A stretch of 64,000 bases of DNA, taken from Candidatus Poseidoniaceae archaeon (GTDB lineage Archaea; Thermoplasmatota; Poseidoniia; Poseidoniales; Poseidoniaceae). The stretch is from NCBI GenBank assembly GCA_028822845.1, contig JAPKCS010000001.1, forward strand, positions 159,964 to 223,963. The letters are read 5' to 3'. Positions 47,893 through 56,711 of the stretch are shown here, in pieces. Each line of letters opens with the position of its first letter. Position 1 is the stretch's first letter. Both the position numbers and the translations under genes were made by a program. The notes under the pieces are model-generated. The model was not told where the DNA came from and did not search any database. It was given only the letters and a program-made list of their open reading frames with translations.

Positions 47893-50800
47893 ATGACAGA
47901 CGAAATGTTCGGTAATGCCACTGAAAAGAAGGCACTTTTCCTTGTGTTCTGCATGTTGCTGGCTGTTGTGCCACTCTCGAATGCTGCGGCAGAAGATATT
48001 GGCGATGAAAACAACCTTCAAGCTCAAGAAATCTCCGCGACCTTCGACCCATCAAGCGAGACAACGACCATCTCCTGGCGCAACATTGATTTCGATGGTT
48101 CGGTCTTGCAGGGCCTCTTTTCTGCAACGTACAATGTCTACCGTTCTGAAGATCCAATCACCTCGATTTCAGCACCCGGTCTCACACCGTTTGTCTCAGG
48201 CATCACCGCTTGTTCAGCGGCACAAGTTGTCAATGACGCTTTCAAGTGCAGAGGCATCAACGGTACCGTCGATTACCACACGGCCTCGTTCTTGGTTCCA
48301 CCCGGTGTCAACGGCTCGTTTTACTACGCTGTGACAACAACGCTTGCTGATGGCACTGAACTGCTGGACCTCGATGTTGGTGCTTCCGTTATCCAATCTC
48401 CAGTTGAAGAGGTGACCACACCGATTCGTACCCCCTACAACCTCGCTGCATCCTTCAACCCTGAACTTAGCAAGACCACATTGACCTGGGTCAATTACAA
48501 CGATATTTTCCCCATCCTGCCTGAGACAGGTGACAATGCTTACCAAATTAACATCTGGCGCGCTGACTACCAAATCACACGAGGAAACGGTGCAGACATG
48601 ATCGCCACCAATTCTCCAGTTGCCACCCTCACAGCAGGGACATCAAGCGTTGTGTTGGACATTCCAACAAGCACAGATCGAGATGTATACTACGCCGTGA
48701 CCTATGTGTTACCAAACTGGACGGTCGCTGGTGAAGATTACCAAGATATCCGCTTCCTATCGAACAATGCCATGAGCAGTGTGTTGGTGGAAGACAACAT
48801 GCCACCTTCACAGGTAGGCATTATGTATGCAGAATTCATTGCAACACCAAGCGGTGGCGGCGGAACGACCACAATCTCATGGACCGATGTTCCTGATGAA
48901 ACCGGTGAATCATACCGAATCTACATGTCCGGCAATCCGTTTTCTACCATTATCAGTTCTGACGTGCAGTTGATTGCTACGATTTCTGAAGGTGTTGGAT
49001 CATTCAATTACAACGTGCCAATCGGGCGCCTCGGCTATGCCAACTACTGCATCATCACCATCGATTTGTATGGTGTTTACAGCGCCAACACAACCGTTAA
49101 TTCCTGTGCAGGCCCTCTGTATGAAGATGCATTCACACCGTGGATTGCCGAACCAACCCAAGTCGTCGCTGCCTTCATCGGCGAGCAAACGACACGCGTC
49201 ACTTGGCAAGACCAACTCGGTGTTGAAGGCGAACGCTACCACGTCTGGCGTTCCAACTTCCGTGTCACTGGTGCTGAGTTCGTAGCAAATCAATCGATGG
49301 AATGGCTTGGCTCTGTCAGCGACGGCATCGGTACGTTTGACGTCACACTTGACTCTGATATTCTTCGCGACAACGCTCATTACTATGTGACGACAGAAGC
49401 ACTCTACGGTCACGTGAACGGCACCTACATGGACACACGACTGAATCAGAATCACTTCGGACCAATTTCTGAAGACACACGTGCTCCGAATCCAGCTCGG
49501 ATCAAGGAAGCGAGTTCGCTTGGCGCACTGAACCTCATCACCCTTGAATGGTTCAACGAACAGGAAGTCAATGAAGGGTACGAAGTCTGGCGACACTACG
49601 GTGTACCATTCGGCGTAAACGAAGATCAAATTGGAGCCATCACTGACGACGGATGGGAATTCGTTCAGGGTGACATCAGACCTGGTCTCGGCGTCCAGAG
49701 CACCATTGTCCGCCAACTCCCGATTCCAGAAGGTGTTGACCGCGAAGTGTGGTACGCTGTGATCATTGAAGATCAATGGGGCAACCAAAACGCTGAGATG
49801 TTCAACGGCATCGGTGGCAACGCAGTGAAAATTGATGAAGACACCAAATTCCCAGAAGCCTCAATGATGCTTCTGGATGAGAGCGGATCAGCGTTCCAGA
49901 GCCCTTCGTTAGTTTCTGGCACCTATGTGCTTCAAGTTGAAATCGATGAATACCTCCAAGGCAATCCATCGGTCAACATCACCACCGTTGCTGGCGGTGA
50001 CATTTCAGGTGGTGACATCGAAATGAACATGATTGCGGACAACAATAACAATCCTGACCGTGGACCAGTTTACGCCTTTGAATTCTTCATCAGCGAGAAC
50101 ACCGTTGCAGGTGAGATGCTGATTGAATTGATGATGGAAGACGAATCTGGCAACGAAGTCAGTCAAAGTTGGACTGACCGATCTGTCGATGCAAGACGCC
50201 CTACAGTGTCCATCTTTTCTCCTTCCTCAGGGAATGACGGTTCGAAGTACCTGTACGGAAATTCGATTCAACTGCTCGCTGGAGCGACCGACGACGTGAT
50301 GATTACTTCGTTCCAATACAAATTCACCTACAACTACGGAACCGGGGAATCTCAATCAACACCTTGGTCAGAAGCCACAACGGTGACTGATTTAGACGGT
50401 GACAACCGCTCAATGGTGCTCGATTTGGAATTCTCAGCCGGCAATTTTGAGGCTGGTCAACATGCTGTTTACGTGCGGGCCATCGATTCAGCTGGAAATG
50501 AAGTGTCCAAGAACGTCATCTTCGTTGTCGACCAGTGCCGACACCGCATGGATGGAACAACTTCCTGCAACTACGTGGAATCGCTGAAACCCGTACCTGA
50601 ACCAATCATTGTCACCCCATCCATGTCAGACCCACCATACGTCTTGGTTTGGGTCCTCACAGGTGTGTTCGTTGTTTCATTGCTTGTTATGTTCATGATT
50701 CTTCAAACCAGCATGTCTGGTCCAAAGAAGAAGAAAGCCAAGGCAGGCGATGAAGAAGAAGACGACGACTGGATGTCAGAATTCATTGGGACATCTCAAG

Positions 50801-51147
50801 AGCTTGATATGGACGCAATGACCGACGTAAGCGGCGGCGATGACAAGAAGGAGGAAGAAACTAAAGATGTGCCTCCTGCTGAACTCAAGAAGGAAGACGA
50901 TCCCTTCGCAGTGAACCTCGTCAAAAGGAAGACTCGCAACAAAAAGGCTGCAGTTGATGAGGAAGAGGAAGAGGACGAAGACGAAGACGATGACGACAAC
51001 ATGTTCCACTGGGATGATGAGGACGAAGACGAAGAAGAGGAGGACGAACCTGCTCCAGTCGCAACGAAGCGAACCGTTGGTCGTCGAGTCGCACCACGCA
51101 AGGCACCAACACGCCGAGCGGTCGGTCGTAAGAAAAGCAAAGACTGA
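47893..51147 (+). CDS. Large (about 1084 aa) type-I surface protein with FN3-like repeats, TM anchor and highly charged cytoplasmic tail
   Basis: Signal-like LFLVFCMLLAVVPLSNAAA. Repeated T(T)(I/L)(S/T)W...Y.(V/I)(Y/W)R FN3-like modules. TM helix PPYVLVWVLTGVFVVSLLVMFMIL followed by a K-rich, poly-D/E and R/K-rich tail. ATG 47893 (track TTG 47890). Confidence 0.88.
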   Translation: MTDEMFGNATEKKALFLVFCMLLAVVPLSNAAAEDIGDENNLQAQEISATFDPSSETTTISWRNIDFDGSVLQGLFSATYNVYRSEDPITSISAPGLTPFVSGITACSAAQVVNDAFKCRGINGTVDYHTASFLVPPGVNGSFYYAVTTTLADGTELLDLDVGASVIQSPVEEVTTPIRTPYNLAASFNPELSKTTLTWVNYNDIFPILPETGDNAYQINIWRADYQITRGNGADMIATNSPVATLTAGTSSVVLDIPTSTDRDVYYAVTYVLPNWTVAGEDYQDIRFLSNNAMSSVLVEDNMPPSQVGIMYAEFIATPSGGGGTTTISWTDVPDETGESYRIYMSGNPFSTIISSDVQLIATISEGVGSFNYNVPIGRLGYANYCIITIDLYGVYSANTTVNSCAGPLYEDAFTPWIAEPTQVVAAFIGEQTTRVTWQDQLGVEGERYHVWRSNFRVTGAEFVANQSMEWLGSVSDGIGTFDVTLDSDILRDNAHYYVTTEALYGHVNGTYMDTRLNQNHFGPISEDTRAPNPARIKEASSLGALNLITLEWFNEQEVNEGYEVWRHYGVPFGVNEDQIGAITDDGWEFVQGDIRPGLGVQSTIVRQLPIPEGVDREVWYAVIIEDQWGNQNAEMFNGIGGNAVKIDEDTKFPEASMMLLDESGSAFQSPSLVSGTYVLQVEIDEYLQGNPSVNITTVAGGDISGGDIEMNMIADNNNNPDRGPVYAFEFFISENTVAGEMLIELMMEDESGNEVSQSWTDRSVDARRPTVSIFSPSSGNDGSKYLYGNSIQLLAGATDDVMITSFQYKFTYNYGTGESQSTPWSEATTVTDLDGDNRSMVLDLEFSAGNFEAGQHAVYVRAIDSAGNEVSKNVIFVVDQCRHRMDGTTSCNYVESLKPVPEPIIVTPSMSDPPYVLVWVLTGVFVVSLLVMFMILQTSMSGPKKKKAKAGDEEEDDDWMSEFIGTSQELDMDAMTDVSGGDDKKEEETKDVPPAELKKEDDPFAVNLVKRKTRNKKAAVDEEEEEDEDEDDDDNMFHWDDEDEDEEEEDEPAPVATKRTVGRRVAPRKAPTRRAVGRKKSKD
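50956..51048 (+). repeat. Low-complexity GAN-codon tracts encoding poly-Asp/Glu
   Basis: Two runs, 50956..50997 and 51013..51048, made of GAT/GAG/GAA/GAC codons (DEEEEEDEDEDDDD and DDEDEDEEEEDE), separated by NMFHW. Confidence 0.9.
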
Positions 51148-51186
51148 CCTTCCTGTTTAAGCGGTGAAATCAAGACCTGAGCCTCG

Positions 51187-52371
51187 TTGCATTTGCCTAT
51201 GGGCGAGGCTTCTGTGGCAAAGGAAGAGACGAATCAAGACCTTACCGAACAGGTCGAGGTGGTTTTTGACCGTCTTATTGATTCATTCAATCCAATGCAC
51301 AACAAATTGAATTGGTTGCTCCTTGCCTTCCCAGTTGCTCTGTGGGCGAATTTGAGCGGGCAGGGCGAGATTGCTTTCGTTTTCTCTATGGTCGCCATCA
51401 TGCCGCTTGCTTTCCTCATGGGGAAGGCAACCGAAGAGATTGCATTGCGGACTGGTGAAACGGTTGGTGGTTTACTCAACGCTACTTTTGGCAATGCAGT
51501 CGAGATGATCATCGCTGGTTTGGCCCTTTATACGGCTTCAAAATCCTTTGACCAAGAAACCATTGACACCATGATCACCGTTACTCAAGCCTCACTTATT
51601 GGTTCTATTCTGGGCAACCTTCTGCTCGTACTTGGCCTCGCTATGGTGTGGGGCGGTGTGAACCACAAGATCCAGCATTTCAACCATGATTCAGGCCAAA
51701 TGAATGGCTCCTTGTTGTTGCTTGCGATCGTTGCGTTCATCATTCCAAGCGCTGTTAATTACGCTGGCGGTAATGCTGATGCAGTGCGCGATCTTTCGCA
51801 CTATGCAGCGATTATCTTGCTCATCATCTACGGCCTTGCTCTGCTGTTCCAACTCAAAACACACGTCGATGTGTTTGCAACTGAAGCCGGCCATGGTACA
51901 CATGAAGATCCGACAATGAGCATTCGAGATGCTTGGGCATTGTTGCTGTTTGCAACAGCAATGGTCGGGTGGATGGCTCACATTTTGGTTCACAATTTGG
52001 AAACTGCTGTTCACGAGCTTGGTATGCCTGAATTGTTTATTGGCGTCATTCTCGTGCCATTCTTCGGCAACGCAGCAGAACACTTCGCAGCAGTGCTCGT
52101 GGCTGGGAAGGACAAAATGGACCTCGCCATCGCCATTGCCATCGGTTCCAGTGTTCAAATCGCCCTCTTCGTGGCGCCGGCCATGGTCCTTCTCGGTTGG
52201 GCGCTCAAGGTTCCTCTGACGTTAGAATTCGGACTTCTTGAAACTTCAGCGACCTTCATTGCCGTTCTGGTAGCGAACTCAATTTTAGCAGACGGCAAGA
52301 CAAACTGGCTTGAAGGCGCCATGCTGCTTGGCAGCTATACCATTCTTGGCGCAGCCTTTTTCTTACTTTGA
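51187..52371 (+). CDS. Ca2+/H+ exchanger (CAX/ChaA family)
   Basis: Two alpha-repeat signatures, GNAVEMI and GNAAEHF, in an ~11-TM protein. TTG start, alternative ATG 51199. Confidence 0.85.
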   Translation: MHLPMGEASVAKEETNQDLTEQVEVVFDRLIDSFNPMHNKLNWLLLAFPVALWANLSGQGEIAFVFSMVAIMPLAFLMGKATEEIALRTGETVGGLLNATFGNAVEMIIAGLALYTASKSFDQETIDTMITVTQASLIGSILGNLLLVLGLAMVWGGVNHKIQHFNHDSGQMNGSLLLLAIVAFIIPSAVNYAGGNADAVRDLSHYAAIILLIIYGLALLFQLKTHVDVFATEAGHGTHEDPTMSIRDAWALLLFATAMVGWMAHILVHNLETAVHELGMPELFIGVILVPFFGNAAEHFAAVLVAGKDKMDLAIAIAIGSSVQIALFVAPAMVLLGWALKVPLTLEFGLLETSATFIAVLVANSILADGKTNWLEGAMLLGSYTILGAAFFLL

Positions 52372-52385
52372 ATGGAGTGAAATGA

Positions 52386-52922
52386 ATGAAAAAATTTGGC
52401 TACGCTCTGATCTTAATTTCAACATTGCTGTTGGTCGGTGGGACCGTTGGTTTCACTATGGAAGGAACCGTTGATGACGTCCCTACACCCAACGTCCAAG
52501 GTTTGGTTTTCTTTGCTGACGATCCCTTGGCCGGTAACGCAGCAGCCCTTATCCTCAACGCCGATACCACCCTTACTTGGGATCGAGATGATATCTTCGT
52601 CGTTATTGCTGACGGTGGAAAAAAGAAACAATGCGATGATATGGCAAACGGTGGAAGCTTGAGTGGTTTTGACACCACCAGCAAAATCTGTTCCTATGGA
52701 GATGATGGCTATGCCGCTGGGGGAGATGACGGCGAAAAGGGTGTTGACTGGCGGGTTGCTTCTGGCGAATTCTATGCTGGGATTGGCACCAAAGACGGAG
52801 TGCTCCCCGGGGGCACGGACCTCAACATTGGCTATTCCATTGACCTTGCACTGAGCGCTGTCGGGTATCTTTTCTTGCTTCTTGGCGAGGGTGCAGGCTT
52901 TGTCCTCACCCGTCAAGATTGA
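52386..52922 (+). CDS. Hypothetical protein with N- and C-terminal TM helices
   Basis: 178-aa ORF. N-terminal helix ALILISTLLLVGGTVGF, an extracytoplasmic Gly/Asp-rich domain, and C-terminal helix AVGYLFLLLGEGAGFVL. Confidence 0.55.
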   Translation: MKKFGYALILISTLLLVGGTVGFTMEGTVDDVPTPNVQGLVFFADDPLAGNAAALILNADTTLTWDRDDIFVVIADGGKKKQCDDMANGGSLSGFDTTSKICSYGDDGYAAGGDDGEKGVDWRVASGEFYAGIGTKDGVLPGGTDLNIGYSIDLALSAVGYLFLLLGEGAGFVLTRQD

Positions 52923-52925
52923 GGT

Positions 52926-54185
52926 TCACTCGACACCATCGTAATACGACATAACGGCTTCATCGAGGTCCATCCATGATTGGCGTTCATCGAGGGTCTT
53001 GGTGGTGCCATCGAAGCGCAACGCTTCTCCGTCGACCCAAAGGTCGAGGCATGATGCTCCATTGAACAAGAGGTTGGTGATGTGTCGGTTGTTCGATCGG
53101 CCAACAGGTCGCATGCGCACATCATCAATGTCCCAGACCGCCCAATCTTTGCTTCCTTTGGTCGCCATCGTGAACGCATCATTCGCGGTCATGAGGGTTG
53201 GGTCCCAGTGGTCATGGCGTTGAACGAGGGCGGCGAGGCGAGCCTCAGCAAGCAGGTCGAGCCCACTTCCGGAAGAGGCGGCTCCATCCGTGCCGAGTCG
53301 CACATCAACACCTGCTTCATTGAACGCAGGCAGGGACAAGGTGCCACCGCATGCTAATTTCATGTTCGATGAGGGGCAATGAACCGCCGTTACTTCGTGA
53401 CGGGCAAGGGTGCGGATTTCGTTTTTCTTCATCCACGAGGCGTGAGCGCAGACCGTTCCAGGTTGAAAGAAGTCGATGCTGTCCAGGTATTCGACGGGAT
53501 ACATGCCTGTTGCCTCATGGCAATCTGCGACTTCCTTGCGGGTCTCACTCACGTGAATATGCAAACGGGCGTTTCGACGTTCAGCAAGTTCTGAAGCCCT
53601 CCGAAGGGTTTCTTCACTGCACAGGTAGACCGAGTGGGTTGCGATGGCGTATTGCACCTTATCGAGCGGTGACTGTTGCTTGAGCATCACATCAAGTTCC
53701 TCGAGGGCTGAGGCCGCATCATCGTGTGAAGGCAATGCAGCATCGCTGACAGGACCGCCGACAAGACCCCGTAGGCCGGCGTCGTTGAGCACCTTACCAG
53801 TGACGGCGGGATAGAAGTACATGTCAGCAGCAAAGGTGGTGCCTGTTTTGATCAGTTCAGCAGCAGCGGCTTGTGCACCTACGCGAACAAACTCAGGCGT
53901 GATTTTAGCTTCAGTAGGGAAGATTGCTTCGTTCAACCATCGGTGAAGCGGAAAGCCGTCGCTGAAGTCTCGAGCGTTGAGTTGCATGGCCAAATGCGTG
54001 TGCCAATTCTGTAAACTTCGTGTGATTAAACGGCTTGAGCCATCGACGTCTAAGCTGACATCTTCATCCCCATTTGATGGGGCCCAAGACCCGTCATCGT
54101 GCAACAACACATCTCCGATGTGCCTCTTGCCGACCTCATCGTAGAGCACAGTGTTGCGGTAACGCACCGCTCCGTCTTCGCCCAT
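52926..54185 (-). CDS. Amidohydrolase, MtaD/SAH-MTA deaminase-like
   Basis: Metal-binding H-x-H (NWHTHLAM). Later HVSE and ...HCPSSN... and GTDG motifs of the amidohydrolase superfamily. Track ORF (to 54461) trimmed to ATG 54185 because the extension runs antisense through tRNA-Thr. Confidence 0.8.
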   Translation of the reverse strand: MGEDGAVRYRNTVLYDEVGKRHIGDVLLHDDGSWAPSNGDEDVSLDVDGSSRLITRSLQNWHTHLAMQLNARDFSDGFPLHRWLNEAIFPTEAKITPEFVRVGAQAAAAELIKTGTTFAADMYFYPAVTGKVLNDAGLRGLVGGPVSDAALPSHDDAASALEELDVMLKQQSPLDKVQYAIATHSVYLCSEETLRRASELAERRNARLHIHVSETRKEVADCHEATGMYPVEYLDSIDFFQPGTVCAHASWMKKNEIRTLARHEVTAVHCPSSNMKLACGGTLSLPAFNEAGVDVRLGTDGAASSGSGLDLLAEARLAALVQRHDHWDPTLMTANDAFTMATKGSKDWAVWDIDDVRMRPVGRSNNRHITNLLFNGASCLDLWVDGEALRFDGTTKTLDERQSWMDLDEAVMSYYDGVE

Positions 54186-54268
54186 GGAATGGCGTGGAGC
54201 CCCCCCCTCATCAACGCTGGCTTTTCGACCGTGTGGCTTATGTTCATCAGCCTCCGCCCACAACTTGC

Positions 54269-54344
54269 GCCACTGTGGCTTAGCTGGTATAGCACCTGAT
54301 TCGTAATCAGGAGGTCGGGAGTTCGAATCTCCCCAGTGGCTCCA
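54269..54344 (+). tRNA. tRNA-Thr (anticodon CGU), CCA encoded
   Basis: Acceptor GCCACTG/CAGTGGC. D-loop TAGCTGGTA. Anticodon arm CCTGA-TTCGTAA-TCAGG. T-arm GGGAGTTCGAATCTCCC. Discriminator T followed by CCA. Confidence 0.85.
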
Positions 54345-54345
54345 A

Positions 54346-55608
54346 TCACAACGTGTTGATCGAGGATTGAGTTTCCATCGAGAACGCTCTTGCACTTGCT
54401 TCCAAACCAGCGACTGCAGGTAGACTGCGTCCTGAAATATAATCCAAGCAGGCCCCGCCACCGGTGGATACGTGTCCCATTTTTGAGGCGAGGTTTCGTT
54501 TCATGATCAGGGTCGCTGTGTGGCCTCCACCAACCACGACATAGCCCTCTGATTCAGCGCAAGCGTTGAGCATCTCAATGGTGCCCAAAGCGAAGTCAGG
54601 CAGTTCAAACACACCTGCAGGGCCATTCAAGTGAACGGTCCCAGCCTGCTTGATAGCCACTGAAAGGTTTCGAATGGACTGGATGCCTAAATCAAAGATT
54701 GGTGCAGAGATCGGTAATTGATCGAGGGACATGTCCACGCGATTGTCTTCGATGTTTGCTGCAACATCCACAGGCAAACGAATCTTACCTGGGAAATCAG
54801 CGAGCAAAGCCTTGGCTTTTTCAACGGTGGAGTACCATTGTTTACCCAATTCCCCAACCAAGAAATCATGATTGATCAACCCGATGTCATGGCCAGCGAG
54901 TTCAATCATGAGGTTCGCCACACCACCAGTGACCCATACTTCGTCGCAGATATCGTTACGAAGCATGTTGTCAGCAACAGCAATTGAATCGTCGACCTTC
55001 ACGCCACCAAGCACAGCAATGCAGGGCCGAGCAGGATTTTCGAGCGCCTGATCGAGTTTTTTAATTTCCTCGGCCATCAGTTCTCCAGCCACACAGGGGA
55101 TCAAGTTGGTGAATCCAACACCAGAGGGTGTGGCTCGATGTGCACAAGCAAAGGCGTCGTAGACAAAGAGGTCCGCAACGCTTGCAAGTTTCTGAACCAT
55201 TTGAGTCTCAGCCATATCATCAAAGGTTCCCTTCGTGTTGATTTCTTCATCGTACATCCGTACGTTGTTGAGCATCAAGATGTCACCATCGCTCATGACT
55301 TCTATGGCTGCCATTGCTTTGTCTCCAGCAAGGTCGTCGACCCACTTGACAGGGCGTCCGAGGATGCGGCCAAGTTCCCGAGCGTGCCCAAGGGTGCTTG
55401 TGAAATCATTTTTTCCGGGTCGAGATTGATGGGCCAAGAGGACGACTTTCGATTTTGAAAGACGGTTCAAGGTTGGAACGATGGCCTTGATGCGCGAGTC
55501 ATCAAGGAACAGTTTGGTGTCAGGAGCCATCGGTGAATTGACATCGACACGGACGATTACTGTCCGTCCTTCGACATTGACATTCTCGAGGGTGAGAACA
55601 CTCGCCAT
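54346..55608 (-). CDS. pgk: Phosphoglycerate kinase (archaeal type)
   Basis: The N-terminus ...VEGRTVIVRVDVNSP, ...LAHQSRPG... and C-terminal ...VSTGGGACLDY are typical of PGK; 420 aa. Confidence 0.9.
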   Translation of the reverse strand: MASVLTLENVNVEGRTVIVRVDVNSPMAPDTKLFLDDSRIKAIVPTLNRLSKSKVVLLAHQSRPGKNDFTSTLGHARELGRILGRPVKWVDDLAGDKAMAAIEVMSDGDILMLNNVRMYDEEINTKGTFDDMAETQMVQKLASVADLFVYDAFACAHRATPSGVGFTNLIPCVAGELMAEEIKKLDQALENPARPCIAVLGGVKVDDSIAVADNMLRNDICDEVWVTGGVANLMIELAGHDIGLINHDFLVGELGKQWYSTVEKAKALLADFPGKIRLPVDVAANIEDNRVDMSLDQLPISAPIFDLGIQSIRNLSVAIKQAGTVHLNGPAGVFELPDFALGTIEMLNACAESEGYVVVGGGHTATLIMKRNLASKMGHVSTGGGACLDYISGRSLPAVAGLEASARAFSMETQSSINTL

Positions 55609-55940
55609 TGGTCAGTCCAAACGGTGCGGGTTTTTGATTGAGACGGGTTAAAATCCCCTTTTGCGGTCGGTGGTAACCACTGCTCAATCGCGCGTCTGCC
55701 GGTGGCTGTGTGTCCGAAAGGTGATATAGCCGCGAACATCGCTTCCCAAGGATGGCACGCGAAGCACCCGAAAGGGACACCTCGCTGGAAGGAGCACGCC
55801 GTCGCGCCAGCACCAGCACCTCGTCTTTTGGCGTATCAAGAAGGGAAGGGCATGACGCCTCGACCTACTACGGGAGCAGGTTGAACGAAGGGCTTGTTTC
55901 GAACAGAGAGGTCGGTGAGGAACAACCCTTGCCGCCAACC

Positions 55941-56708
55941 ATGGCAAACACCGTGATTTCTGCTGATTCAAGGAACTTGGACTTGCCAGACAACTGCGTG
56001 CATCTTGTCGTTACTTCTCCACCCTACAACGCCAGCAAAGATTACGATGATGATTTGTCGCTTGGTGAATATTTAGATCTGCTCCACGGCGTCTTTGCCG
56101 AGTGTTACCGTGTGCTTGCCCCAGGGGGCCGTATGGTGATCAACGTCGCGAACCTTGGACGAAAACCGTACATTCCTCTTTCAAGCCACATCAACGTTAT
56201 GATGTCGGAAATTGGCTTCTTGATGCGAGGCGAAATCATTTGGGATAAGTCTGCAAGTGCTGGCTCTTCCTGCGCCTGGGGCTCCTTCCAGAGTGCCAGT
56301 AACCCTTGCCTGCGCGACGTCCATGAATACCTCTTGGTGTTTTCAAAGGGCGATTACAAATTGAAGCGTGACAAAAAAGAACGAGCGGAAGGTCGCATCG
56401 ACACCATACCGAGGGACGATTTCATCAAACACACCAAATCGATCTGGTCGTTTGCTACCGAACGCGCCTCTCGCGTCAATCACCCAGCGCCCTTCCCCGT
56501 CGAATTGCCAAAACGATGCATCGAGATGTACAGCTTTGTTGGTGATGTGGTCCTTGATCCATTCAATGGTTCAGGGACAACATGCGTTGCTGCAAAGTCG
56601 ACAGGTCGAACCTACATCGGTGTTGATCTCTCAGAGGCGTACTGCACGATTGCAGAAAACCGCCTTGACACCGTCGAAGCATGGGTTGCCCCAGAAGTCC
56701 CCGTTTGA
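55941..56708 (+). CDS. DNA methyltransferase, beta-class N6-adenine/N4-cytosine (orphan)
   Basis: Motif IV VVTSPPYN near the N-terminus and motif I VLDPFNGSGTT near the C-terminus (beta permutation). ATG 55941 preferred over the track start at 55752. No adjacent endonuclease-like ORF. Confidence 0.8.
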   Translation: MANTVISADSRNLDLPDNCVHLVVTSPPYNASKDYDDDLSLGEYLDLLHGVFAECYRVLAPGGRMVINVANLGRKPYIPLSSHINVMMSEIGFLMRGEIIWDKSASAGSSCAWGSFQSASNPCLRDVHEYLLVFSKGDYKLKRDKKERAEGRIDTIPRDDFIKHTKSIWSFATERASRVNHPAPFPVELPKRCIEMYSFVGDVVLDPFNGSGTTCVAAKSTGRTYIGVDLSEAYCTIAENRLDTVEAWVAPEVPV

Positions 56709-56711
56709 GGT

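Noticed and set aside
49000-49788. 262-aa minus-strand ORF inside the 1084-aa surface protein gene
   Set aside because: It is antisense to a long ORF with a consistent FN3-like repeat structure. The translation shows no recognisable domain and looks like a chance open frame.
54186-54461. N-terminal 92-codon extension of the amidohydrolase ORF (track 52926..54461)
   Set aside because: The extension runs antisense straight through a well-formed tRNA-Thr (54269..54344) and into the pgk 3' end. An in-frame ATG at 54185 gives a normal-length amidohydrolase.
55752-55940. N-terminal 63-codon extension of the DNA methyltransferase ORF
   Set aside because: The extension is low-complexity (RRRASTSTSS...). 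It lies in a hairpin-rich region that is open in several frames on both strands. ATG 55941 gives the usual short lead-in to the SPPY motif. Kept as a possibility only in the structured-gap finding.
55609-55940. Possibility that the structured gap is the SRP (7S) RNA or RNase P RNA
   Set aside because: I looked on both strands for the RNase P GGAAAGUCC and ACAGAA...GGCUUA boxes and found none. The GGAAGGAGCA motif is present, but I could not form the symmetric and asymmetric loops of SRP helix 8 around it. I report it only as an unassigned candidate RNA.
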